Below, one piece after another: positions 41,688-57,000 of a DNA stretch of 64,000 nucleotides. Below the pieces are notes generated by a model. It did not search any database, had not been told where the DNA came from, and worked only from the letters and a program-made list of their open reading frames with translations. Every line of letters starts with the position of its first letter. Positions within the stretch are counted from its first letter, which is position 1. Both the position numbers and the translations under genes were made by a program. Origin of the DNA: Paramecium tetraurelia (lineage: Eukaryota); the NCBI GenBank assembly GCA_000165425.1, contig CT868053.1, forward strand, positions 1-64,000, written 5' to 3'.

Positions 41688-42302
41688 ATGTACACAAAAT
41701 TCAATCATAGACCTGTGCAAGAGTTTGCTTATCAAAGGAAACCAAAGATTAAAGTTCTAACTAAATTGGGATTTTAAGAACTTATGAAACTCTAGAGCAA
41801 TCCAGTCCAGTTTGAAGAACAAGAAGATCTGACTCTACGTAATTATCTTAAATAAGGCTGTTTAGATCCATTTACAAAGAAATACAGATCTTAGATAAAT
41901 TTATGGGAAAAATTGAAGTAAGTAGAAAACGAGGGAATTGGTGAAGAGGAAATTCAGGAATTTAATGAATTTGAGATTATGAATAAGGAACACCCTTATT
42001 TGTTGAGAAATCATGCTTATCCACTCTAAGAAGAATATTAGGAACCGCTTAAATTACCATAAATACAGACAGAGAGATATCAAAAAAGTAATGCCCCCAA
42101 AATATGGGAATCATCATTGTTCAGTGGGGAGAGAGTTTAGTTAAAGAGGAGAAAGTAGAAGAGATAGGAGGCATTTAAATTGGCTGGGTCTTTGTCGTTG
42201 AAGCATTTTGATGATTTACATTAAGCATACTAAGGAATTTAATGTAAATTGAATAGAGCAGTTAATTTTGAGAATAATTAATTTAAATTTTAAAATGAGT
42301 GA
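41688..42302 (+). CDS. Hypothetical protein, up to 204 aa
   Basis: Open code-6 frame MYTKFNHRPVQEFAYQRK...FQNE*; the stop lies inside the next gene. Confidence 0.6.
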
Positions 42303-42974
42303 TACCGAAATAGAGTCATTGAATCCTTATTATAAAGACATTGTTGCATATCTGCACACACAATAAATTCTCATATATTAACAACAAGATCTGTTGGATG
42401 AGTTTAAAATACTGTCCCAATTTTAATTTAGGCTGAAACTCAAAATCTCAACATTATACTTAGCCAAATCAATTTACTTAAGGACCAATATATTGACTTA
42501 GGATTACTTATTGACAAGTCTGTGGATTGCAACCAAATTCGATCAATAAGATAGATGCAAATGGCAGATGTCCACAGAAATAGAAACACACATTTTACAA
42601 AAGTTAAATTTTGAAATAACTAAACCAACTGTCATGGATTTCATTGAACAATTAATTTATTACATCAAGAAAACAAAAAGAATATCAGCTGAATAGGTTC
42701 GATTGATCTATGCTTTATCCTTAATGGCACTACCTTGGACATTGAATTATGAGCCTTCTCAAATTGCTTTTGCTATTATTGTATTTCTCATCATTCATAT
42801 TAGATCATATCATTCACACTCAAAAACATCAAAAATCATGATTTCCACTCTGATTGTTATGAAGATTTTCGCTAGCAGCTACTCACTAAATATGATTAGA
42901 ATATAATCATTTCTTAAAAATATCCCTCCAGCTATCTCTTAATTAAAAAGAATTTACACAGACTCTATAATTGA
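42295..42974 (+). CDS. Divergent cyclin
   Basis: YYKDIVAYL, LKISTLYLAKSIY, TSLWIATKF, IETHILQKLNFEITKPTVMDF, YEPSQIAFA; one 23-nt intron. Confidence 0.8.
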
Positions 42975-43110
42975 CAACGAGAAAATCTAATATTGAATTT
43001 CAATTGTATATTTATATTCACTCTTATTAATTATTCCTTGACTAATTTTTGCAATTTTTAATATTTTTATTTCCAACACATTTCAACCAACTAATATATA
43101 TATCATTCAT

Positions 43111-43620
43111 ATGGATCTTGCCATTATCATGAGCTAATTTTAACAAGCAGTATTCCAATTGCGATAAATCCTTCGAAAGAATAGTCACCCAGATATTTTT
43201 AACTCAATGCTAAGCATCATATTTTCTGATGACTTCTCCTATCCCAATTAAGAATAAATTGCCAAACTGGAAAAAGCCTTCTTCTTGAATAAGGACACTG
43301 CTATCATACTTCAAATTCTATTAACATCATTCGAAAATAATAGTACAAATTTACATATCAATCTTAGCCTTTACATAAATAGAAGATTATATAAATCTCC
43401 TTTTGTACAGGATCGACAGTCACATTTCATTACTTGAATCTAATTCCTCCTCTTCATCAAGTCCTGCTCGATTTTACACCCAATATTAAGTGACCGAAAG
43501 AATCAAAAAGGAATAGAGTATTAACAAAAAAATCAAAAAATAAACCAAAAATTAGCACAAAAAGACAGACAATACATCAATCCCAAAAAATAATAATAAT
43601 AATCAATGATAAATTGTCTT
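43111..43620 (+). CDS. Hypothetical protein (3' end uncertain)
   Basis: MDLAIIMSQFQQAVFQLRQ..., one 25-nt intron; stop position not resolved. Confidence 0.4.
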
Positions 43621-45115
43621 GCTCATAACCTTTAAATATAATACTATTCTTTATTTTTTTATTATTCTAAAACAAATTTCCTACATTTTTTTTACATCTT
43701 CTCTTCCTTTCTCCATATCAATACTATTCATGTGATTTGAATTACTGAATGAATTGAGAATTAGAGAATAACATTTAAATGAGTATTTTTATAATTTATT
43801 ATAATTGTTTAATTCTAATCATTTTTATTAGAATATCTAACATAAAATTGCTTAAATTAATTCAAATTAGAAGTCCAAATTGTGTGTCTATAATTTCTAT
43901 AATTGTCTTTTAATATCTTAACTATACCAAAGCAAGCCATGTTAAGCTAAATTAACTATGCAATTATCTAAAACGTTGAGCATTTAAATTAATCACTATA
44001 CTTAATTAATTATGAAAAATATTATTAATGTTTTAAAACAATTTTATATATTAAATTTGAGAATAAAAAATTTCTATCAGAAATTTATTTAAAGTTAATT
44101 AGGAATGACGCAACCTTAAGGATCGACTCAATACTATTGTTCAATCAAACCGATAAAGCTGAGAGATGATTTCAGTAGTTCGCTAATAAGGAATATAATT
44201 AGAGTAGATTTCACTCTAAATTCATTCATTTAACAAATTTATCTCAAGATTTTCGCTTTTACTTGGATTAAATTGAGATGTACTTTTGATGCATATCTAG
44301 ATGATTTTCCTTTAGTAATTGGAATATTCGCAATTAATCAAGCAAATTTCATAATAAAAATACTATTCCAACAATTTAAATTTGTTATAATTTTTTGATT
44401 GGAAAAATGCAGTCTATGTTCAATATTACAGATTCATTTTGAAACTAACTTTCAATTAGCAAGGATGTATTCCTCATTCTTACTAGATATTTTTATGTTT
44501 TGTTTTTTGAATAATAAAAGCAGCCTTTTATGGAATGATTATGAATTCTTATTCAGCATTTATTCTTATTTTTAATAACTTAGTCAATTAGAAAAAAATT
44601 ATTTCAAGTAATATTAAATATTTATTTATGTTTATATTAAATTAATGGTTGAATCAAAATAGCATGGCCCTATTCAATAGAATGTAATTTATTCTATGAT
44701 TTACATTTAAGTACAATTTGAATGAAAAAAAGAGGGATTTTGTTTAATTAAACATAGTTTAACAGATTAGGAATATGGCAATCAATAATAAATTTCAAAA
44801 GGCAATTAAGCACCTCCAAATCTTAATGTTTATTAATTGTTCAGACAAAAATATATTGTCTTTATCTTAAGTTATAATTTAAGTTAGACAAAGAAAATTG
44901 ATAGTATTCTTAAAAATAAACTTGTATTGTTATTCAAATTATGATATATATTTCCAAAACAATAATGGAATCTTAAACGAATAGCATTTGACATTGAATT
45001 GAATTCCTTAGAAATATTTACAATGATTGCTATTTCTCTTAATATTGATTCCAAGTCTAATAACAGTGTTGGATTCTTGTATGGATAATTAATATTTTAT
45101 TCGTAAAGTATAGAT

Positions 45116-48100
45116 ATGTTATTTGCTATCTTTTTCTTATCTTTGATTGCTAACTTTAGCAGTCTGTAAATAAGGGAGATGGATTCTCTGTATTAATATA
45201 GTCAAGAGTCGATAGTGATATCTGAAAAAGCACCATCAATTTTCAATGCTTTTAGATATGGATTATGGTCAAAATATAATCCTTTAACAAACATACTTTA
45301 AGTGGGAAATGTGGGAATGTTTGATAGCGATTGTTTTCTTTTACATAGTGCAGTAGAGGAACTTTCATTAGCTCTTAATCTAATTTATTATGATTGTGTA
45401 GATTATTCTTCAAAGAAAGTCCAGAAAACAATTGCATTTATAGACAATGATGAAGTTGAACATTCATTTACAATCACTATAGATCCCCTCGAGTATGAGA
45501 ATGTTTGGTATTTATTTGAAATAATATAATGGCCATTATTAGAAAGATTTGAGTTAAGGTTTATTTATAAATAAGAAACCTTTAATAGGTTTTTGAATAT
45601 TAAAAAACCTTTTAAAGATGAAAATTTAAAGCTTATTTTTGGTGGCGGTATGATAGTAACCAATTCTAAGATTGGAATAATTACACCAGGTACAAAATTT
45701 TCTTATTTTCCTGGTAAATTGATTTAAATTAAATTTTAATTTGAAGACATTCCTGAGGATGAAGATTAAGAATTATTGGCAAGAACATCATTTAAACCAT
45801 TCGAATAATGTGATTGTTAGATAAATGATATTTTGACACTAGATGATATTTCTATTAATCGGCTAGAAAATTAATTTTTTACTTCTTAGAATACAAACTG
45901 TAATTCTTTCTAATTATCTGGATGGTTAAAAATTACTGATATAATTTAGAATTCAGATGTATTTACTTATTAGTTAATTGCTCTCACATCAAATTTTTAA
46001 AACTAATTAGCCAATAAAAATTTATCACCTTTTACTTTGTCTTATAAGATTTCTCAAATAAAGAATTAAATTATTGTAACAACTTATAGTTACACATTTC
46101 CATCAGCAACAATTAGTTTTTCTGACGATCCATTTCTAATAACAAAAGAACTCGATCTCACAAATACATTACTTCTTTGGTAAAAATTATAAGTCCAACT
46201 ACTTGATGATTAACTTATAATTAATGTTAAATTTTATGAAGGACATGATATTTATGAATACAACATTTAATAATAAGTAAATTAGTTTAAATGCACTCAA
46301 TTTAAACTTTAGTATGGTAACATTTTATAATCAACTGCTAATTACTTTAAAATTATAGTCAGAAACATGGGGTTTAATAATTGTAATGCAATTGATACAT
46401 TATAAATTTGTCATTACAGTTGTGAAGAATGTGATGGTCCAACTTCAAATAACTGTTTATCTTGTTCTATTGAGTCTTAAAGAATATATTTACCTGATTT
46501 CAAAGCTTGTGTTTGTCCCTTTGATACAATTGATGAAAAGAAATGTAAATCTTACACAGACCTAAAATTTAAAGTTTCAGATAAAAGAAAAGTAATGCCT
46601 AAATGCAATTATGGGTATTTTGAATATGAAGATAGTTGCTTGCGTTGGTATCTTTCTTTAATATACAAGCCCTACCATAATTAATGATTAATTTGTTATT
46701 TGCTTAGAGTGCATATAAAATCCTTAAGGATGGAGCAAGAATTCTTAATGTGAATATGATTTATACATAAGCAAAAATGGCGAAGTGGCAAATTAGAAAT
46801 GGAGAGGTACTCTAATTTATTATACTTTTGATGGAGATGAGTTATTACTTTGCAACAGATGTTCAAAGAAATCTCCTTTTTTGGCTGAGGAATAAGAAAT
46901 ATAATAAATTTTAGGTCAACAATATCTAAGTTTTCAGTGTTAATTTTTGTTTGATTATTGTAGCCGTTGTTGGATATCTGTTGATGGATTTGAATGTTTA
47001 GTTTGCTTCTACGGATTTAATTTGATAGATAATCATTGTGTAAGCAAGGTCAAAATCCCTGATGATGTCAAATACTGTCCGACATCATCTTATGTTACTC
47101 ATCAAAGAAAATGCAAGTTATGTCCGATTCTTCATTGTAAATACTGCTTTGAATACCAAGACCACGATTTATCCAAATGCACTCTATACATTGGTTTTGG
47201 GGATTTCGATATAGATAATGAAATCAAAATTGGATGTGCATTATGTGAGGATAACTATATTTTTGATTTCGAAATTGGAATCTGTATATAAGATACTCCA
47301 AAAATATAAAATTGTTTGAGATCTTATATATATGATGGCTAAGAAATCTGCACATTATCATCAATTGATGATTTTAGTGTGGCTCTCGAAATAATTAATT
47401 GCCATACACATTTACCACATTGTGAATAATGTGTGTTATCACCTCAATATACTATTAAATGCATTGTCTGTCAGGTTGGATACTCTGCCTCAATTTAAAA
47501 TGGAGGGTGTTATCTAGCTGATGAGTTTGGGGTCTATGGAGGTAAAATCGTAATTGATGCTGTCTTTGAATTAAAGGATGGGTGGGTTTAAAGAATTTAG
47601 AGTTTTATGATGAAATTTTTGCCAAATAAATATTTCTACTTTCAAGCTAAATTTGATAATTGGCTTTTGTAAATGATAGTCGAATGTTAAGATAATTATT
47701 TCCTTGGCCAATATTTCTAATGTCATAAAAAATGCGATTCCTCATGTTTAGAATGCATAGTTGATGGAAGTGATCTTTAATTTTGTAACAAATGCCCTTT
47801 AAATTATTATTAATAACCCATCAGAGATTAAATAAATGGAATTTGTTCTGGATGTAGTCAGCTATGTCAAGCCTGTACATCTCGAACAGATGCTGAGATA
47901 AAAGTATTTATTTATTTCAGTTTAGGCTCATCAACCAAATTTTATTATTAATGGTAATAATTTTATCCATACAAAGAAGTGTCTAAAGCAACTTTAAATT
48001 CCTAACATCTATATGGATCCATATGATTAAACAACTAAGTATTGCTTTGATGAAACATGTTCAAAAATGCTCGAATATAACTTTGACATATATTATTGTG

Positions 48101-51100
48101 AATGGTTTAATATTTTTTTGGAAGAAGAAATAGATATTAATTATCTTAATGCAATAGGAATAGATAGCTTGGTTTTAAGTTTTAATTTTACGACATTCGC
48201 TAATTCTTGCACTATTTAAAACCTTGAAATGAACACTAAATTAAAAAGCAAAGTATTTTCACTCAATTATATACATTTCATTTATACCTCAAGAGAAGGA
48301 TTGATAATGAAATATATTGACTTTTTGTATTTCAATAATATTGACAAAATAGAAATTAACTAAATTATTCATGAAACTTATGAACAATTTTAGGTTTTAA
48401 TGGAAAACAACCATTAATAAATCTAGTTATATTTGTCCAATTTTATTATATAAGATAGCTAAATTTAGGACATAGTATCAGTATTTTAAAGTGAAAAATT
48501 TGGTGATGTAATTATGAATAATGTGTATCTCTTAAATACAAGTTTTATAAACTCTTCATTTTTGAATTTAACAGATTATATGCTTTAGGGGACAATTCAG
48601 ATAGACACCTTTGTTATTCGAAATTGCACTATGCTAAATTCAAATTTCTTCCAAATTACTAATAATCAACTTATATTGTCTATTAAGAATGTTCTCATTG
48701 AGGATTCCGATTTTACAAATGTATTTATATATTTTTTTGATTTCAATGTTTTTCAATCAAGTACAGTAGACGTTTATAATATTACAGTGAAGAATAGCAA
48801 ATTTGTAAACTCAAGTCTTTTTAATTTTTAGAATTATATTACTCTATATTTAAGGTACCTCTAATTGGAATCAAATACTTTAATCTCAACAAATTTTATT
48901 ATTTCAAATCATAATACCTCATTATCATACATCAAAATTTAAAATAATGAATTTGTAGAATCACAACTAATTACTATGCTTGAGAGAACAGAAAATAAAT
49001 CAATGGTTGTCCTACTAAATTAAATTGAGGCTTCGAACAATCAATTTGAGAACTCTAAATGTTTTAAATTATTTACTAATCAAGAGTTTAGCCAAATCGA
49101 TTTAACAATATCGAATCTAATATTTAATGAAATCTCAAGTATCGATAGTTCAGATACCAGATCCTATCTATTTCAGATTAAGGCTCTTAAATTAAAAATA
49201 TAGAATGTGGATTTTAGAAATCTAAAAAATATCTTTCTATTTTCTATTTTTGATAGCAATGAGATCCTAATACAAAATGTAATTTATGCTAATTCAGCTT
49301 AAATTTATTAAGTGCCATTTTCTTAATCATGCTAAGTTGAGATTAATGAGAAAAATTAAATGCTGAAGATAGAGAATTTTTTTACTCTAAAAATTGTATC
49401 TGTCTAAATTATCAACTAATTTGCGATTGATGAGTCTTTTTTAGATTTATCATAGAGATAATAGTTTGAGAAACCTGCCAGTTTAGATTTAGCGGATCTT
49501 GCTTTTAGAGGAAATGTATAAATATACAAAAAATCATAAAGATTGCTTTCACTTTTAGCTCTATATTCAGAATGGAGTCTTAATGTACACATTAACAAAA
49601 TTCAATTTTTTGAGAACTGCTTTCACTCAGTACCTGAAATTTACTTTTAATCCTATGCCTCTTTAGTTTTCATGAATATCAAATCAAGTGACATTGAGAT
49701 CTTTAATTTCTCTTCTCAAAGTAATGCATTTACAAATTCATCTAATTCATTCATTTTCATTGAAGCAAATACAATAAAAATTTAAAATTTATAAGTCTCA
49801 AACCATAATATTCTAACCTCTGAATTATGGGAAAGGTTTTATGGTTTACAATTAGGTGTACTTCTTAATTAATAATAAATAAATCAGGTTGTGTTTTAGG
49901 CCCTAAATATTTCAAATATAGGAGGTGTAGGGTAATTAAAAGCATCAGTTTTTACTTGTTTAAATTGTAACTTTTAAAATGTTCTTGCTTTAAGGAGTTT
50001 CCTTTTTGATATAACAACTTTATATTAAGGAATAATAAAATTTATAAATCTGATTGCAAGCGATTTAATAGGTGATTTGAAATAAGAGACAGATAGTTAA
50101 GGTTGTATAAGCATCTCCTGCTAAGACAGTTCTCTCGAACTTGAAATTTCAAAGTCTAGTTTTAGGAATATCTATAACAGAATGTCTCCATCTATACTAT
50201 CCATTTAGCCATCAAAAATTAGAAATAAGATTAGATTAATTGATACTTCATTTGAAGATTGTCTGTCTCTAATGAATTCGATACTTTTGGTACAATTCTC
50301 CAACAAGATATATAATAAAAATACTGTAGAATTGCGAAATATTATGATAGTATAGCAGTTGAATTCATGGCTGAAACATTTTTAATAATTGGGAACTCTA
50401 AGCCTTTAAGAACTATTACTTATTTCAAGTAATCAAAATTCATTGCTTAATATTGAAAGTTCTTCAATATTAATATTCAACATTAGTATTTAAGGTGTGT
50501 ATCTATCACCAATATTTAAAATTGTAAATACACCAAAATTAAAAATTAATCAAGTTTGGATCAAAGAGATTAAGTTATTTTATTCCTTTACTTTGATAAA
50601 TATACAGTAAATGCTGGATATTCAAACAATAGTTTTGTTTGAACATGTAAATATCTTCAGCACTTCAATTTATGAAGCAAAACTTTAAAGAGTTGAAATA
50701 TCAGACTTTGATTTTGTGCTTAATGACTGTGTTGTAGTAACCACTCTAGAGAAAAAGTTTCAAGAGAACTAATTGTTTTACTATTTAAATGATATTCTTA
50801 CTATAATGGAAGAACATAATGAAGATTAACTTTCCTTAATTAATATTTATACTTTATCCAGTAAACATACTTTCTATTTCAATAAATTAGAACTTGTTAA
50901 TAATAATTGTTTATACTGCACGTCTGGATTGATTAAATTTGATTTAGCCTCTTTCCAATCCATAAAAATATAAGAGCTAATCTGTATTAATAACATAATT
51001 AAATAATTTGGATGTATAAACTTTTTAAGTGAAATATAAGATTCTCCTGCAATTTAGATATTCAGTTCCGCTTTTCTATTTAATAGAGGAACTTAAGGAG

Positions 51101-53725
51101 TTGCTATTTCATCAAACAAGCCTATCATCCTCAAATAGTGCAAAACCATCTAAAATATTGCAACCTATAGAGGAGGTGGTTTATATTTAGAACTGAATAG
51201 TAATCAATTTATTATTGAAAATTCTGTCATTATTGAAAATCAAGCAGAAGAAGGTGGAGGACTATACACTATTGGAAACGGAGTTTTAAATTAACATAAT
51301 TTAAATAAAACGTATTTACTATTTAATAATGCTTCTGTTTATGGAAATAATTTGATTGTAAATCCTACACATTTGGCGTTGTTTATTAATTCCTAAGAAA
51401 TGAAAGTGTATGAAGTAGATCCAGAATAAATTTAAACAGATGTTCTTAGAATTACACCTTATTCTACTATATAATAAGAAAAATTAATTGAAACTTCCTA
51501 TTTAATGATTCCCAGTGGTTAATCAATTGAAGATTTTTCTCTTTCTATGCCCAAATTATAATAAACATACCAATAGATTAAGACAATAGAGATAATGTTA
51601 AAAAATTCATTGAAGGAATTTCAAAAAAACATCATTAACTCAACTTGCTTAATAAGCGACAAGATCGTTAAAATGAACGGAGAAAAAATAAATGGGAATC
51701 TTCAAAATGTCTCATTACTCTACTAAAAAGAGAAAAGTACTTTTGATTTAAGTTCAATTACTTTTTATTTTGATCCATACGAAAAAGATTACAGATATTT
51801 GGAAATATCAATTATATGTTTAAAAGAAGGATAAATTAATCCATTGAAGTACGTGATCTAAGCCTAAAGCTATAAATGCTAGCTTGGAGAATTCCATGTT
51901 GAAAATGGTTGTTAAATTTGCTAATCCAATCAAGGCTTTTACTCAGTAACATATGATGTTATTAAATGCTCTATATTTGACAAGGAGAAATTTTTGGAGA
52001 TAACATCCAATGCAATAAAGTTGCAGGAAGGTTATTGGAGACCAAATTATTTATCAGACTATTCTACGTTATGTTTTAAGAAACCAAGTTTTTGTGTGGG
52101 AGGTTGGGATATAGGAGATGAACTTTGTAGCAAAGGACATGTAGGAGCTCTGTGTGAAGAGTGTGATATATATAATATAAGAGGAGATGGATAATACTTA
52201 AAAAATTTATAAAATTCTGAATGTCTATCATGCTTTGGGATATCAGATAGCATACTTCCTTTTATCTTAAATTCAATTTGGTAAATTTATAAATACAATA
52301 TTAGGGCCATATTATCAATCATCCTTACTGTTAAAAGCATTGTAAAATCTAATGATTTATTCTTGTTTCTCAAAGTTAAAGAAAGATTTAGTTAAATACT
52401 CTTTAAATTAAACTAAGGTATAATACATATATTTTTTAGATCGCGAAAGCATTTTAATAAAAATGTTCTTAAATTATTTATGGATATTTTCCCTTATTTT
52501 TACATTCAATATAAATTTTTCTTTTTAGTTTAATTTTGTTGACTCAGCTAGTAATACATCCTTATCAATGGCTAATAATTTAGATTGTTATTTGTCTTAA
52601 ATAGTGGGATTTTAGTTAATCTATTCCAAGATCATTTTAATATTATTATTGATTTTTTGGCAATTCGTAATCATCATGATAGGACTTTTAGTGCTTCCAG
52701 ATATATTAAACTCCAAATTAAAAATAAGTATTGTCTCAAATATTTTGCTATGCTTGTATATTTTCAATTACGCTGGATTTATCAAAATGTACTCAATTTA
52801 TTTGTAAATTTAGGCTGTGTTCGGCAGTATCATACAGAGAAATATCCAATATTAAATACATCTAGGGTGATCTAACATTAAAATTCAATACGGAAACTCA
52901 TTATTAATGGATGTATTTCTTAGTACTCCCTGGGTTGATCATCTTTGGATGCTTAATCCCTTTGTTATTGTTTTTGCTAATGTATTTTAAAAGAAATGGA
53001 TTAGACTTTTATACTCTAAGACCTCATATTTGTTATCTTTTTAACGAATATGTATCGAAAAGGTATTACTGGGAATAAATTAAATTGAGTAACAAAGCTT
53101 TAATAATTCTCTTTTTAACTTATTTTGAAACCAATACACACTTAAAAGCCTCCTTAATTGGTTTAAGTTTGATTTGTTATTAGCAATTTGCAGCTAAGAA
53201 AAAGCCATATATTATTTAAACATTCAATATTCTAGACTTGGAAATGAGTTAAAAATGTTCAGTCTCTATATTTTTGGCAGCCGTAAAGTATGAAAGTGAA
53301 ATATCAAATAACAAAGTGATTTCACTTGTTCTGTAAATCTGCTTAATACTATTATTTTTTTTGATAACTTTTCCTTTTATTTACCAAATTGGAATAACTA
53401 ATTATAAGAAATATAAAATACTTGCATTTTCATCATTCCATTTGGTTTTTAAGTACTTTAGGTTCACAAAAGCATCAAAAGTATTCGAATAATTTTTAGA
53501 CGAATAAAGTAAAAAAGATTAAAGACTGAAAGAAAACTTCACCAAATTAAGAAAATTCCTTATTGTTTTTTCAAAAGCTTAGATAAAAAACAGACCGTAA
53601 ATTATGAATTTAAATTTAGGGTTATTCTCTCTAGATTCAATTCCAGTAAAAATTACTAATAAACATTATTAACTACAGAGTTACAAGCCTAATCGGTCAT
53701 GTTAACAGCAAACAGATTGGAATGA
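45116..53725 (+). CDS. Giant cell-surface multi-pass membrane protein (~2800 aa): signal peptide, Cys-rich repeats, Asn-rich beta-helix-like region with GG(A/G)(I/L/V) motifs, C-terminal TM bundle
   Basis: MLFAIFFLSLIANF; CHYSCEECDGP; ENQAEEGGGLY; GYWRP..C..C.GGW..C.KGHVGALCEECD; TM region ILIKMFLNYLWI...YLFNEY...YWEQIK; several micro-introns. Confidence 0.85.
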
Positions 53726-54007
53726 ATTTTTATAAGTTATATAAAAATTATAAGAATCTAACTTTGATTGTTAAATGGACAATTAATATATATTTATAAT
53801 CTCCAATATGTTTAGAGACACCATGATATAACTAAGTAATTTTGCAGTATAACATTTATTATCATCTTATATGAGCTTCTGCTAAATTAATTAAGGAATT
53901 ATTATACAAGATAAATCAATCATTAATTTCTTTTATTTGCTTTATTACCATTTTTATTCATCTTCCAAATCTGTTTTTCCTTATATCTAAAATTATATAT
54001 TTTTGAA

Positions 54008-57000
54008 ATGGAAAAAATCAACTTACAAGTTTCGTATTCTTTTTTGATATCTACACTAATTCTTTTAGCATGTTCTCGCCTGAGTTGTTGTTGCAATTAT
54101 AAAACATACAATGATTCATTGATTCCAATTGAACACCCTATTTCTATATAGACAATCGATTCTCCAATTAATGAAAATTTCATTTACTTTGGATTTTGGA
54201 GTTTGGGCATTCCCCAATAAACTTTTAAGAATTACCCATAAGTTGTTTCAGATTACATATCAACTCTGCCTGAAAATGGACAATTATTATTTTTAATATA
54301 GGGGAAACAAACAAATTTAGTCTTGGGTTATATATCCATGAATATGATAATCAGACAGGTGATATACAATGTTGTCATATTCAGGAATCCTAATTAGATT
54401 TTAGAATTTAGATTTAATCCAGTTTAATTTGAAGAAGAGTGGATTTTAAGTTTATTCACAATTAATTTCGAATAGTCAACATTCACTGTAGAAATGACTG
54501 GATAAGTAAAACAAAGTATTAGTATGTAGAGTGATATAAAATACGAAAAAGTAATACTAGGAGGACTAGGTTATGTAATTAATAATATTTATTAAATAGA
54601 TTGGCTAAGGATTCAATCTCAATATTTTCAAAGGAAGATTATCTTAGATTTACTTGAGTTATGAGATTGAAGATGCTCAAAATTAATTTTAATATATGAG
54701 TTAGAATTGTAGAATTCCCCTTCCTTAAGAGGAATAACAAACTGTCTATTTTGTTAAAGGATTACAAATTTTTGAAGGAAGTTCATCGTTATTTTATACA
54801 GTGAATTAATTAGGAAATCGATATTGCTTAACTGGATGGGTGAAATATGATACATCCAGAATCATAACGAATACTGAATAGAATTTGATAAGAATCAGTC
54901 TATTTAAAAACTATAATTTCTATTAAAAATATGGAGATGAAATCTTATAAATAATACCATTTATTAATAAGGTAAATCCTAAAATGACTTATATATCAAT
55001 AATTACAGATAATAGATATATGCCTATAATGGGTTTAAATGACTATAATATTATACGTCCGTTCCTTTAATAATTTTTTGAATATTCCTATAGATATTAC
55101 CTAGGAGTACAATAATGGCATTTTATTAAATATGAATATGGGTCAAAAGTTCCCGGGAAAAAAAGCTTAATTTAAATTTAATTCTTTAATGATTTAGGAC
55201 TACAAGAAAAAATTATGAATAATATCTCTCCAATCAACTCTCCATTCTATATCAATATAGGAGCAGATGATTTTTATAGTGATATTCTTTAAGCTTCCAT
55301 TTTGGATTTTAAATTTGAATATAATTTTAATGAGGACAAATAAGTCATGTTTTAAGGTATGATTTAATAGTTATCAAAAGCTTGTCATTATTCATGTTAG
55401 TCATGCAGAGGACCGCTTGAAAACAATTGCGTGACTTGCGATCCTTTAGCTAATAGATATTTTTTAGAGGAAATAAGCAAATGTGAGTGTTTATAGGGAT
55501 ATATAAACGTTGCAAATGAGAGCCGCTGTATGGATTTCTCTTAAATATTCCCATTAGTAAAAGTTTAGGAAGCTTTTCAAAATGATGTAGCCAAATGTTA
55601 ATTTGGTTATTTCATTTTACCAATGAATGGAGGCTCTACATAATGTGTTAAATGGTATAAATTCATCTTATGAAGTCCTTAATCCAATTCCTTTAACTTG
55701 CTTTGTGTTGACTGTCTCTATTCTCCATATACTTGGTACTTAAAACCTATTTGCAAATATGATTTGATCTCAGCTAATGATTCTCCTGACGATGCATTTT
55801 CATATGTGGAAAGAAATGAACTCTCTTAAGATTTATATCTAATTAATAATTAAGGGGAAATCGTTCAATAGGAAGGTGTCTTAGATTTTTGTGAAATAGA
55901 AACTGATTCGTCTAATTGCTTTTAGGCCGCTCACAAACACCTGAACAAAACAATATTTCTCAAATGTAAGCAAAATTATTTCGCACTTAATGGAAATTGC
56001 GAGTAAGTGAATCCTTATTGTCTATTAGCTTCTGCTGAAGGAGAATGTTTACAATACCAAGCTGGAATGTATTTGAAGGGTGATTAATTATTTTAATGTC
56101 CCAGTAATTGTGAATTATGTTACTATAACGAGGAGACTTAGAGTCCATATTGTTTATAATGTAAAGAGCAATTTTCCTCAGAAAATGGTTATTGTATTTC
56201 TTGTGGGAATTATTGCAAAATCTGTTAAAAATATTATGATCCCATCAATCAAAATAGCTATCAACGATGTTAGATGTGTCTAGATGATTCTTAATATTTC
56301 ATTACCTTTGATGCAATTAATTGCTAAAAAAATACAATTAAAAATTGTTTATATGCTTATCAAGCTTTGTCAAACAATTTTCAAATTAATACCCTCGATA
56401 AAAACTTTACTCCTAGAAATGATTGGGAAAATATTAACACGCATTGTGCAAGATGTATTCTTTACTATGGTGTTGTTCTTGATTAAAATTTATGTTTAAG
56501 GATGCATGAAGTTACATGTCTCTTTTCAGTTGTTCAAAAAGTTTCTGATATACCTTTAGACGATAACATCTATTATACAATAATAGAAACTGATTTTTAT
56601 ATAACTCCTGAGGGGGAAGAATTAACATTTGCCTTTTTAGATGATTATAGTATTGTATTAACAACATATTAATACTGCATAATTTCAGACTATTACTTCA
56701 ATTAATAGGATATAGAAGTTGCCTAATTTTAAAAGTATTGCTCAGGATATGTCACAAATTGCGAAGTTTGTTTAAGAGGGACTCCATATACCTGGGGGAT
56801 GACTTACACTTGTCTTGATTGCTAAAAAGGATATTATGCAGATAGAGTTTCTGGTAAATGTTATTAATGTCCTCCAGAGTTAAATTGTTATAAATGTTAG
56901 GCTCAATAAAAAGTTAATAAGGATCGGTGGAAAAGCTAAATTAGAGCTTATTATAAGGTAGTTATTGAAAAGCATTCTGACCATACATTTAAGCAATATG

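Noticed and set aside
44105..44398. ~97-codon code-6 ORF in the spacer before the giant genes
   Set aside because: It has no recognisable motif, and with a single stop codon ORFs of this length arise by chance.
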